Virus record (IMG/VR): IMGVR_UViG_3300031787_000005 | Source of the DNA: a virus | Length of the DNA: 64,000 nucleotides | Direction: 5' to 3' (one strand) | Part shown: one piece after another, positions 1 to 8,390 of the stretch | Layout: the number at the start of each line of letters is the position of its first letter | How positions within the stretch are numbered: position 1 is the stretch's first letter | Translations under genes and position numbers: made by a program | Notes under the pieces: generated by a model | The model's input: the letters and a program-made list of their open reading frames with translations, nothing else | Databases searched by the model: none | What the model was told of the DNA's origin: nothing

Positions 1-1449
1 CTGTTCTTCCAAAGTCTTACCATTCACCTTACTAGTCAACAGGTTCATCATAGAGAACCATTCACCAACTTGAAGCAGACCATCTTTCTTCTTATAAGCA
101 AGTTCGCGGAGATTTGCTTTGCCTTGCTCATCATAAGTTACGAGAGGATATTCAGTCGTAAAAGCATAAACCTCAAAAGGAATAGAAACTTTCTTACAGA
201 ACCACACAAGGTTAAAGAGTTGTTTGACGGTATCCAGCATCACATCACACATCGAACCAGACCAGTCCAGAACAAACACCAGACCGTGATTCTTACCATC
301 GGCAAGAGTGGTCACCTTGCGGAACAGGTCTTCATTGTATTTGTAGGTATGAAGTTTAGAGCAGTCAAGAACACCAGTGCGAGCGGTAGAAGCACGAGAA
401 TAAGAGTCTGCTGCTTTACGGCACTCAAACTCTTTTACCAGATAATTAACTTCTTTCTGGGCAGAACGCTTGAACTGATTGAATTGAGCATCAGGAATCT
501 CAAAGATAAGTTCTTTCTGATATCCCATCCCTTCAATAAAGTTGCTCCACTCATCCCGACAACGATTGTGAATCTCAGCGTTAGGAACAACAATCTTTTT
601 CAGATCAAGTTGAGGCAGTTCCAGATACACATTCTCATAACCATCACGATTGACGAGTTCTTTCAGTGCTTCTTCCAGATTGTCCATCGTCTTGACTTCT
701 GGTTCTTCATCTTTCTCACCACCAACAGGAACATTAGGTCGTTTCTGTTGCTCAGCAGTTCCACCATAAGAATCAGTTTCGCCAGGTTGCTCCTGGTCAT
801 TCTCACCTTCCTGCTGGTCAGAGAAGTCGGAAGCGGGTTGATTAAAACCACTCTGCTGCGATTCCAGACTATCCAGTTGAATCTTGGTTTCTTCCTGTTG
901 TTTTTGCTTACAATACTTGTAGAGTGCCTCAGCAGCAATCAGAACCTCAGGGAAGGTTTCGGTATCAGCAATCTGATTGATAATCTCAGTCTCTTCTCCA
1001 CGCTCAATCAAAATATCGGTGAAATTACCAATCTTGAACCACAAGTTTACACGGTCGGCAAGGTTCATTTCATCAATCTTCTCATCAGCAATCTGGAAGA
1101 AATCGTCCTCAGCAAGCTCCTTGTAACCATTAAAGAAAGTCTTGGCAAGACCAGGATACCGACGCTTCATCAACTTTTCAATGCGAGCGTCTTCCACAAT
1201 ATTCACGAACTGCGGAGGAACCTTGACTTTCTCAATCCAATCTTCATCAGGCGTATAGAGGGCGTGTCCGACCTCGTGCCCCACCAGCAGATCATAGACA
1301 ATATTACTTGCTTTCTCCCACATCGGAAGAGTAAGCACACGGGTATGAACATTGAACTGGGCAGTCTCTACCTTTTTGTGCTCAACAATAAGGTCTTCGG
1401 TAGCAAGAAGTTTAGCAAGTTGGGACTTGATTTCGTGACGGACGGTCAT
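1..1449 (-). CDS. HExxH metallopeptidase-like N-terminal domain plus VWA domain protein (partial, runs off window start; usual partner of the cyanophage CobS/MoxR AAA ATPase)
   Basis: Hand translation from ATG at 1449: MTVRHEIKSQLAKLLATEDLIVEHKKVETAQFNVHTRVLTLPMW...LLVGHEVGHALYTP...NIVEDARIEK...LVFVLDWSGSM. Open to base 1, so absent from the ORF track. Confidence 0.8.
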   Translation of the reverse strand, partial: MTVRHEIKSQLAKLLATEDLIVEHKKVETAQFNVHTRVLTLPMWEKASNIVYDLLVGHEVGHALYTPDEDWIEKVKVPPQFVNIVEDARIEKLMKRRYPGLAKTFFNGYKELAEDDFFQIADEKIDEMNLADRVNLWFKIGNFTDILIERGEETEIINQIADTETFPEVLIAAEALYKYCKQKQQEETKIQLDSLESQQSGFNQPASDFSDQQEGENDQEQPGETDSYGGTAEQQKRPNVPVGGEKDEEPEVKTMDNLEEALKELVNRDGYENVYLELPQLDLKKIVVPNAEIHNRCRDEWSNFIEGMGYQKELIFEIPDAQFNQFKRSAQKEVNYLVKEFECRKAADSYSRASTARTGVLDCSKLHTYKYNEDLFRKVTTLADGKNHGLVFVLDWSGSMCDVMLDTVKQLFNLVWFCKKVSIPFEVYAFTTEYPLVTYDEQGKANLRELAYKKKDGLLQVGEWFSMMNLLTSKVNGKTLEEQ

Positions 1450-1619
1450 TTGACTTGAATCGTATGAACGTATAATACAGAAGAACCTCCCCTTTTGGGG
1501 GAGGTCATGTGACACTTCTTGAAGTGGGCAAGCCGTGCCTTTGCTTGTCGGAGTGCTTGCGGTTTCAGTTTCCGCTTCTGCTCCTTCTTGCTGTGATGTT
1601 GCCAGTTGGGAGTGGTCAT
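1446..1619 (-). CDS. Small basic hypothetical protein, 57 aa (MTTPNWQHHSKKEQKRKLKPQALRQAKARLAHFKK...)
   Basis: Hand-translated ORF overlapping the gp46 stop and the next ATG (ATGA-type overlaps at both ends). Confidence 0.55.
   Translation of the reverse strand: MTTPNWQHHSKKEQKRKLKPQALRQAKARLAHFKKCHMTSPKRGGSSVLYVHTIQVK
1472..1531 (-). promoter_or_regulatory. Palindrome-type promoter: 24-bp dyad (1508-1531) 30 nt upstream of a TATTAT -10 box
   Basis: + strand TGTGACACT-TCTTGA-AGTGGGCAA; -10 at 1472-1477; GC hairpin CTCCCC-TTTTG-GGGGAG between them; same geometry as the copies at 53.7-57.6 kb. Confidence 0.65.
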
Positions 1620-3346
1620 TTTCCTGCTGATTCTTGGGACATCATACGCGAAAATCCTTTGACTTTCTCGAACCTTATGACACTTTCGAATTTGTCATGA
1701 AGGTCTGCCTTATGAGAAATCACAAAGATATTAGCATCCTTAATGACATAACGAATAATCTTCAGGAACTCATCGGTGCCGAAACCATCAAGTGAGGAAT
1801 CAAATACCTCATCCATAATCAGCAGATTGGTATTGACGGAGTTTTTGACTCGGGCGACTTCTCTCCAAGTGAAGAGAAGGGCAAGGTCGATTCTCATTTT
1901 CTCACCCTCACTGAAGGAACTATAAGAAAAGTCTTCGTGAATGGGTGATTTTACCGTTTCGTTAAACTCTTCATCCAGATGAAAATTAATATAAAAATCC
2001 ATCATTTGAAGATAACGATTCACCTGCTGATTTATGAACGGAAGATACTTCTTAATGATCTTCGTTTTTACACCATCGTCCTTGAGTAAGGAGTAGGCAA
2101 AATCGTAATAAACGATTTCTTCTTTTTTCTTTGAAAGGTCTTCGAATGTTTTTTGGAGATTGGTTTGAAATTCTTCTAGCTTCTCATGCTCAGTATTTCG
2201 GTTTGCAAGGTTTTGGGTAATAGTTTGAATTTCAGATTCAAGGTCTCTGATCTGTCTCTGATTGAGGCTAATCCGAGTATTGTTTTGAGAAATCTCATGG
2301 TTGAGTTTCGTAATCTCCTTAGAAAGTGCAATGAATTGACGCTCTCTCTCCTGTTCTATTTTTATAGTCTCTTCCAGGTCTTGATAACCTTTCTGGAGTT
2401 CCTTTGCCTTATTTTGAGCGTCTGTAATTCTATTTAACCGAAATGACTCTTCAATTGTTTGAGTGCATGTAGGGCATACCGAATTCTCAGTAAAAAACTT
2501 ATGCTCTTTGGTAATTGCAGATACTTTCTGAGAAATTTTACCCTTTAAATTGTTAAGCTTTACTAACTTATCTCCAGCACCAACGACTTCATCTTGTTCT
2601 TTCGTAAACTTAAAAACATCCTCCTCAATCTTGGAAATCTCAGTCATGTAAACACCAACTTCACCATCTAACTTGGCAATCTTTTCTTGATTGGCATTTA
2701 TATTGGCATTACCACGATTCTCAAGTTCTTCAATAAAATTCTTTTGCATCTGCTCCTTTTCTTTAAGGTTTTGTTTTTTCAGATCTAAAGACTTTATCTG
2801 TTCTTTTTGAATTCGAATTTTATCTTTTATAATACTATTCATTGCAGAAAAGATACGAATATCCAAAAGATCTTCGATAACTTCACGACGATTTGCAGTC
2901 GTGAGTTGCATGAATGGCACAAAAGTGCTGCTACCAAGAATCACAATCTGTGTAAAAGACTTATAGTTTACCTTGAGAATATTTTCTTCCAATATCTTTT
3001 GATTAGAACGATCATCTGCTTCTTTATGCAGTGGACTACCATTTACCTCAATATCAAAAACATTGGGTTTAATTCCACGTCTCACAAAATAATCACGATT
3101 GTTTACAGAAAATTCAATTTCAACCAGACAATCTTTCTCATTTACAGTATTTGGAAGTTGTGGTTTATTAATTTTACGGAATGGTTTATTAAACAAAACA
3201 AATGTCAAAGCGTCTAGAATGGTTGACTTACCAGCACCATTTGTTCCGATGATAAGGTTTGTATGATGTTGTTGAAAATCAACTTCAGTAAATTGATTGC
3301 CTGTGCTCAGGAAATTTTTCCAACGAATTTTTTTAAAAGTGATCAT
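1616..3346 (-). CDS. gp46: Recombination endonuclease ATPase subunit (SbcC/Rad50-like)
   Basis: Walker A GTNGAGKST, CPTC zinc hook, signature SFSEGEK, Walker B LLIMDE; adjacent to gp47. Confidence 0.97.
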   Translation of the reverse strand: MITFKKIRWKNFLSTGNQFTEVDFQQHHTNLIIGTNGAGKSTILDALTFVLFNKPFRKINKPQLPNTVNEKDCLVEIEFSVNNRDYFVRRGIKPNVFDIEVNGSPLHKEADDRSNQKILEENILKVNYKSFTQIVILGSSTFVPFMQLTTANRREVIEDLLDIRIFSAMNSIIKDKIRIQKEQIKSLDLKKQNLKEKEQMQKNFIEELENRGNANINANQEKIAKLDGEVGVYMTEISKIEEDVFKFTKEQDEVVGAGDKLVKLNNLKGKISQKVSAITKEHKFFTENSVCPTCTQTIEESFRLNRITDAQNKAKELQKGYQDLEETIKIEQERERQFIALSKEITKLNHEISQNNTRISLNQRQIRDLESEIQTITQNLANRNTEHEKLEEFQTNLQKTFEDLSKKKEEIVYYDFAYSLLKDDGVKTKIIKKYLPFINQQVNRYLQMMDFYINFHLDEEFNETVKSPIHEDFSYSSFSEGEKMRIDLALLFTWREVARVKNSVNTNLLIMDEVFDSSLDGFGTDEFLKIIRYVIKDANIFVISHKADLHDKFESVIRFEKVKGFSRMMSQESAGK

Positions 3347-3606
3347 GATTTAGGAGGAATAACAATATCATTAGGAGTAATTACTGCGTACTTGTAATTA
3401 TGTGCTTTACAAGTTTTAATTGCAAGTTCATCGTCAACTTCTACAACTTCCATTTCAGTTTCATATTCTGGATGATCTTCTAGCATCAGGGCATAACGAG
3501 TAGCATCATCTTCTTCCTCAAACATAAACAAGACTTTTTCACCATGTTCATCATGCACTGCATATGCTCCTTCGTCCTTTTTACCTTTGAGTGTTAGAAG
3601 GTACAT
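3343..3606 (-). CDS. Conserved hypothetical protein between gp47 and gp46 (likely start MYLLTLKG at 3606)
   Basis: ORF track; TAATG stop/start overlap with gp47 supports the 3606 start. Confidence 0.75.
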   Translation of the reverse strand: MYLLTLKGKKDEGAYAVHDEHGEKVLFMFEEEDDATRYALMLEDHPEYETEMEVVEVDDELAIKTCKAHNYKYAVITPNDIVIPPKS

Positions 3607-4643
3607 TACTCTACTTCGCAAGCTTCTCTATAAATGTCTTGAAATATCCCTTTCACAATATTCTTGTCAATGCTAATCTCAGACTCTTCAATGTATCTAT
3701 TCAATATGGTTAGGGTGTTTTCATCTTCAGAGATCTCAAAATCTTCACTTTCTTGAATCTCAAAATTTTCAATAATTTTAAGATCTTGAATACCAGCAGT
3801 ATAAAGTTTATCAATAAACTTTTCAAAGTCTTTTGGTTTTGTCTTTTTACGAACAATCACTTTAACAACTTTGTTAGTATACTCCGTAGCATCAAACAAT
3901 TGATAAGGAGTATCCTCATAATAAATGTTATAGAACAATTTATAAGGATTATTGATTGGAGTATGCGTGAGGGTTTCCGTATCAAAAATATGGAATCCAC
4001 GATTATCATTTACATCCGTCCAAAACATCTCATAAGGATTTCCGAGATAGAAAACCTTTCCATTATCAGACCGAGTATGATAATGCCCAGAAAATACTTT
4101 TGAAAACTTATCAAAGATATCTGGTTTAAGACCATGATCTTCCATGATCAGATTCCTATTCACACGGAATCCTTGAAGTTCAAGATGACCCATGACAATC
4201 TTTGCTTTGGACTTTTTAATTTCTTTTAAAGTCTCATCATAATTTTCACTACAGATCCAAGGGAGAACCATAATGTCCAGTCCACCAACTTTAATAGTTT
4301 GTGGAGAACTATAAGTTTTAATGTTGGAATACGTCTGAAGAAGCAGACTCGGAGAGTTTACATTATTTGTGTTCTTATAATAGCAATCATGATTTCCAAC
4401 AATCATGTGAACATCGTACTTTCGCAGATGTTCAAATACAACTCTCTTTGCCCACTCTAGACTTTGATAGTCAATAGACTTGCGACTATCAAAAGCATCA
4501 CCCATATGAATGACTGCTTCTACCCCATGCTCCTCAAGAGCAGGGAAGAACACATTCTGATAGAAAAGTTCAAAGTAGTCATGTAGGAACTTGGATCCTT
4601 TCCTCGCCCCATAATGAGTGTCTGTAATGATCGCAATCTTCAT
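3606..4643 (-). CDS. gp47: Recombination endonuclease nuclease subunit (SbcD/Mre11-like)
   Basis: Metallophosphoesterase motifs DTHYG, GDAFD, GNHD, GHYH. Confidence 0.96.
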   Translation of the reverse strand: MKIAIITDTHYGARKGSKFLHDYFELFYQNVFFPALEEHGVEAVIHMGDAFDSRKSIDYQSLEWAKRVVFEHLRKYDVHMIVGNHDCYYKNTNNVNSPSLLLQTYSNIKTYSSPQTIKVGGLDIMVLPWICSENYDETLKEIKKSKAKIVMGHLELQGFRVNRNLIMEDHGLKPDIFDKFSKVFSGHYHTRSDNGKVFYLGNPYEMFWTDVNDNRGFHIFDTETLTHTPINNPYKLFYNIYYEDTPYQLFDATEYTNKVVKVIVRKKTKPKDFEKFIDKLYTAGIQDLKIIENFEIQESEDFEISEDENTLTILNRYIEESEISIDKNIVKGIFQDIYREACEVE

Positions 4644-5131
4644 CGATTGGTTTTGTACGTAATGTTGTCCTTGATCGTATTATAGTCCGAACTGCTGCCA
4701 GAAAGCAAGCTATCGTCAACCATCATTACCTCATCAAAACCTGTGCGTTCAATGATTTTGGTTTTGATATCCAACTGTTTTTTCTCCTTTTGAATACGGC
4801 GGAGAAAAGCATAATGAATGATTTGAGTAAAATATGCAAAAGGATTTGATGACTTTTCTGGATCAAAATTATGAATGTACTGAACACAATTTTCAACACC
4901 ATCCGAAATCATATCATCCCGAAACATATAGTTTACAAAATTCGGTTTGTATGACAGGTGTGTAGCGATCTTGAGAAAACACTCACCCAAGTAATTTGTA
5001 ATACGTGGTTTAGGAAGTCCTGCTTCCTTAGATCTAAAACAAGATTGTCTATAAATAACCAGAGCTTCTAAAAACTCTTTATTGTTAACGTAATGTTCTG
5101 ACTTTTTCTTTGGCATGACATTGGTATCCAC
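4640..5131 (-). CDS. gp55: Late-transcription sigma factor
   Basis: HYVNNKEF, YLGECFLKIATHLSYKPNF, NPFAYFTQI typical of T4 gp55; the start could be MPKKK at 5116. Confidence 0.95.
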   Translation of the reverse strand: MDTNVMPKKKSEHYVNNKEFLEALVIYRQSCFRSKEAGLPKPRITNYLGECFLKIATHLSYKPNFVNYMFRDDMISDGVENCVQYIHNFDPEKSSNPFAYFTQIIHYAFLRRIQKEKKQLDIKTKIIERTGFDEVMMVDDSLLSGSSSDYNTIKDNITYKTNR

Positions 5132-5148
5132 TATTATAAGATGTCTTT

Positions 5149-5176
5149 ATTATAACACAGTTACGGCACTTGACAA
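5149..5176 (-). promoter_or_regulatory. sigma70-like promoter for gp55 (TTGTCA-16-TATAAT)
   Basis: -35 at 5176-5171, -10 at 5154-5149 on the minus strand. Confidence 0.6.
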
Positions 5177-5198
5177 GATGTAAAAATGTGTGTAGACT
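5170..5198 (+). promoter_or_regulatory. Antisense sigma70-like promoter (TTGACA-17-TAGACT)
   Basis: Perfect -35 at 5170-5175, 17-nt spacer, TAGACT at 5193-5198; no sense ORF downstream. Confidence 0.55.
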
Positions 5199-5225
5199 AC
5201 CTTTGTCCCGGTTGAAAGATGGGGT

Positions 5226-5660
5226 TTAGCTTTCTTTATTATCTTTAAGGTCAGATTTAAAAATATTTTCCAAATAATTTCTAGCATCTTCTACTGAAGA
5301 AATATATCCCATTTTATCAGATATTTTCACTTCTCCAGTAGATTTCTTCATTTGAAGAAATTGATTATGATCATCGGTAGAGTCATTTATATATCGATGA
5401 TAAATTTTGATTAGGTTTTTATTTTTAGTTTCTGTTATAGTAAGCATCTTATCCAACTTTATCACAAAAATATCTTCATCTGGAAGTTCCATCCATGGTT
5501 TGACTTTTAAGTACATACCACTTCCATTTGAAATCTGTTTAATGATAATTGGATTTTGTAGTAAAACGACAGGATCTCCATCATTCTCATCCACAGAAAC
5601 CAATGAGAATATCTCCTCTCCTGATACTAGTTTAATAATTGCGTAAAACTCTTCTCCCAT
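5226..5660 (-). CDS. Conserved T4-like hypothetical protein downstream of uvsW
   Basis: ORF track, TAATG coupling to uvsW, IIKLVSGEEI N-terminus. Confidence 0.75.
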   Translation of the reverse strand: MGEEFYAIIKLVSGEEIFSLVSVDENDGDPVVLLQNPIIIKQISNGSGMYLKVKPWMELPDEDIFVIKLDKMLTITETKNKNLIKIYHRYINDSTDDHNQFLQMKKSTGEVKISDKMGYISSVEDARNYLENIFKSDLKDNKES

Positions 5661-7123
5661 TAGTTCTTAAGCGGTATGTTTACAATATCATAATTAAAAT
5701 TTTCTTCGTTATAGACTTTGATTCTTTCGATTAGATGATTGAGTGTATAATTTTTTCTTGACTTATAACTGATATCATCGGCAATATCATATAGAGTTGC
5801 TTTAGTCTTATTATCGCCCTTTCTTAAGACTCTACCAATTGATTGAAGATTTCTAATTCTTGACTTCGATGGTGAAGCAAAGATAACATTGTGTAAGTTT
5901 TTAATATTAATACCAGTAGAAAAAGTTCCGTAAGATGCAACAATAATTGCGTTATTTTCTTTTTCGGTGATTTCTCTGACTTTTTCTCGGTCTTCTGTAG
6001 CTACACCACCATGCACAAAGAACACATGACGATCTTCACTGACATTCTTATTTATCAGTTCATACAAAGGTTGTCCGTGACCTTCTACTCTTGAGAAGAG
6101 GATGAGAGTGTTACCTTTGAGGTCAAGGGCAAGATTACGGATAAACTTATTACGTCTTTCGTGATTGATAATATACTGAACCTCATCCTCAAAAGTCTCA
6201 AACTTATTTGGTGGGTGTTTCAATAGCAGTATATTAATATCTAATTTGGCAACGTGACCTTTCTGCATCAGTTCCTCTGTTCTGATGATCTTGTAAGAAG
6301 GACCAAATAAACCTTCTAGAACCCATTTGTGTGTTTGTGTTCCGTCAAGAGTTCCTGTAAATCCGTAACGAAATTTAGCATCTGAAAGTTTTGTCATTAT
6401 AGATACTAATGACTTTGATTTAAACTGGTGTGCTTCATCTCCTACGACCACATTAAATCTTGAAAAGTATTGACGGGGAAGTTTGTAGATGGATTGCCAG
6501 GTAGTGATAATCACCTGAGAGTCCGTTTCTCTTTCTTTCCCTGCGTATATCTTGTGGCAGTATGAACCGACATCCCACCCATAATCAGCAAAATCTTTAT
6601 ACATTTGTTCTACAAGGGAAGTCGTTGGAACAACTATCAGAGTATTTTGTCCTTTCTCAACGTAATATCTCACAATCGCATATATCATCAACGACTTTCC
6701 AGAAGCAGTTGGAGATATCAACAACTTTCTATTGTGTCTTAAAGCGTCGTATACTCCCTCAACTTGGTACTCACGGGGAGCGTACTTGCAAATAGAAATC
6801 ATATAATCCTTGACTCCTTCCTTTGAAATCATATCGTTGACTTCAAAGGGGAGACCATAGAACTTATTATTAGTAAACTCGTAGGTGTACTCGTGGTTTT
6901 CACAGAAACGGGTCAGTTTATCTAAAAGACCAACATAGATCTCGCCAGTTTGGGTATTAAATAAACGAATCTTTCCATCCCAGTGTCTGTTACGGAACTG
7001 GGGCATAAACTTGGCACCTGGTACGTCAAACGTAAACTGATCTGCAAGTTCATAGTAGACGTGCGGTTCTGCTTTTACCTGAAGATATACCTCATTCTTT
7101 TTCGATATAACCAAGTGTGACAT
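5660..7123 (-). CDS. uvsW: RNA-DNA/DNA-DNA helicase UvsW
   Basis: SF2 motifs SPTASGKS, DEAH, TGT, QSIGRVLR; syntenic with uvsY. Confidence 0.96.
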   Translation of the reverse strand: MSHLVISKKNEVYLQVKAEPHVYYELADQFTFDVPGAKFMPQFRNRHWDGKIRLFNTQTGEIYVGLLDKLTRFCENHEYTYEFTNNKFYGLPFEVNDMISKEGVKDYMISICKYAPREYQVEGVYDALRHNRKLLISPTASGKSLMIYAIVRYYVEKGQNTLIVVPTTSLVEQMYKDFADYGWDVGSYCHKIYAGKERETDSQVIITTWQSIYKLPRQYFSRFNVVVGDEAHQFKSKSLVSIMTKLSDAKFRYGFTGTLDGTQTHKWVLEGLFGPSYKIIRTEELMQKGHVAKLDINILLLKHPPNKFETFEDEVQYIINHERRNKFIRNLALDLKGNTLILFSRVEGHGQPLYELINKNVSEDRHVFFVHGGVATEDREKVREITEKENNAIIVASYGTFSTGINIKNLHNVIFASPSKSRIRNLQSIGRVLRKGDNKTKATLYDIADDISYKSRKNYTLNHLIERIKVYNEENFNYDIVNIPLKN

Positions 7124-7144
7124 AAGTTCATATCAATACAAAAA

Positions 7145-7150
7145 TATTTA
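7145..7150 (-). promoter_or_regulatory. T4-type late promoter TAAATA upstream of uvsW
   Basis: TATTTA on + strand 22 nt before the start. Confidence 0.6.
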
Positions 7151-7157
7151 TTGACAT

Positions 7158-7181
7158 AAAAAAGGGGGTCAATTGAACCCC
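7158..7181 (-). terminator. Rho-independent terminator after uvsY
   Basis: Minus strand GGGGTTCAATTGACCCCC followed by T6. Confidence 0.6.
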
Positions 7182-7600
7182 GCTTGGAACCGATGCCACT
7201 CAATAGCATTTTTTATTTGATAAGTTCTATTAGAAATTGTTCTGATAACTTCTTCAAGAAATTTAAGCATAATGTCATAATACCTGATCTTGAGATCAAT
7301 TTTATTCAACCTCTCATCGGCATCCATATGCCTCTGTAAGGCATCTTTATCCCTAACCTTGTATGGGAAAGGTTCTTCCTCATACACCTCTATAGGTGCC
7401 TTTCCTGTGTAGTAGTTATACCGATCAAGTTTTACCTTGCTATGTGTCTCTCTTGCCTTTTCACGTAACAAGGTGATTGTATTGTAAATTGTATAATACT
7501 TTGCGTGTAGTTGAGGAATTTTTAAAGATTCATCGTGTAGGTTATCAGGATCAATGACAGAATCTCTCTGCCACATCTCCTGAATTTCATCAAGATTCAT
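7169..7600 (-). CDS. uvsY: Recombination mediator UvsY
   Basis: ESLKIPQLHAKY, RTYQIKNAIEW..FQAG. Confidence 0.92.
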   Translation of the reverse strand: MNLDEIQEMWQRDSVIDPDNLHDESLKIPQLHAKYYTIYNTITLLREKARETHSKVKLDRYNYYTGKAPIEVYEEEPFPYKVRDKDALQRHMDADERLNKIDLKIRYYDIMLKFLEEVIRTISNRTYQIKNAIEWHRFQAGFN

Positions 7601-8142
7601 AAGGGATTTCCGTTCATATCAACAATATTATACACAGTATACTTGAAAGTGACTTCTGCTGTAAAGTACTGAATGTCTGTAACGCTGGCATCAAATTCCA
7701 AAGAAGTTAATGAAGTTGGATATAAATCTTGAAATTTTACGTTTGCAACAGGATTGTAGTTTGAATTTAGAATACTTAAGGATCCATCGCTATATTGCTC
7801 ATTCAAATCTCTAAGACCATCTCGATTTGTAACTTGCTCTTTAAATTGTGCTGGAGTTTCTGGAAATCCCAGTCCAGTTAACCAATTATGAATTGCCATA
7901 TAGTTTTCAAGATTTTCATCGACAAGAAATCTTAAACTAAAATCGCCATAAGTCAATTTTTCTCCAGGAATATCAATATTTTTTAAATATGTTGTTTGAA
8001 TTGCTGTCCCAAGAATAATCTCTGGTATTCTTGTTGAATTGCAAAAAAATGAAACCTTTGGATATTTCACCAAACTAAATTTAAATCCTACAGGAGATAG
8101 AAAATTTCTATTCTGTATTTGATTGCTAAATGCTGATGCCAT
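7597..8142 (-). CDS. gp3: Tail completion/tube terminator protein
   Basis: NFLSPVGFKF, IPGEKLTYGDFSLRFLVDENLENY, LFPTSL-like motif; position after gp23. Confidence 0.85.
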   Translation of the reverse strand: MASAFSNQIQNRNFLSPVGFKFSLVKYPKVSFFCNSTRIPEIILGTAIQTTYLKNIDIPGEKLTYGDFSLRFLVDENLENYMAIHNWLTGLGFPETPAQFKEQVTNRDGLRDLNEQYSDGSLSILNSNYNPVANVKFQDLYPTSLTSLEFDASVTDIQYFTAEVTFKYTVYNIVDMNGNPL

Positions 8143-8146
8143 TAGA

Positions 8147-8320
8147 TCACTTTAATTGTTGAACTGTCTGTAAACTAAACTTAATTGGTTGTAGTTTTTT
8201 GCCTTCTCCAGATCTAGCTGCGTTTAATGCTGCTTGAGATTTTTGATCTAAAGGTATTGTTTGTCTTGCATTTACTGGGCGATATTCTGCTTCTAAAATG
8301 AATTGCTTAAAAGTTTTCAT
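8147..8320 (-). CDS. Small late protein, 57 aa (MKTFKQFILEAEYRP...), candidate capsid-internal protein
   Basis: Real start is the ATG at 8320, 12 nt after a TAAATA late promoter (8332-8337); the upstream part of track ORF 8147..8770 overlaps gp23 and its terminator. Confidence 0.65.
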   Translation of the reverse strand: MKTFKQFILEAEYRPVNARQTIPLDQKSQAALNAARSGEGKKLQPIKFSLQTVQQLK

Positions 8321-8340
8321 TTTTTTATTTCTATTTAGAT

Positions 8341-8366
8341 AAAAAAAAGAGGGTCCGAAGACCCTC
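8341..8366 (-). terminator. gp23 terminator with C(UUCG)G loop
   Basis: Minus strand GAGGGTC-TTCG-GACCCTC followed by T8. Confidence 0.9.
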
Positions 8367-8390
8367 TGATATGGAATTGTAATCTCGTGA

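Noticed and set aside
70-1458. 462-aa plus-strand ORF
   Set aside because: Antisense shadow of the minus-strand peptidase-VWA gene; composition is not protein-like.
7151-7156. Plus-strand TTGACA next to the uvsW late promoter
   Set aside because: No -10-like hexamer 16-18 nt downstream.
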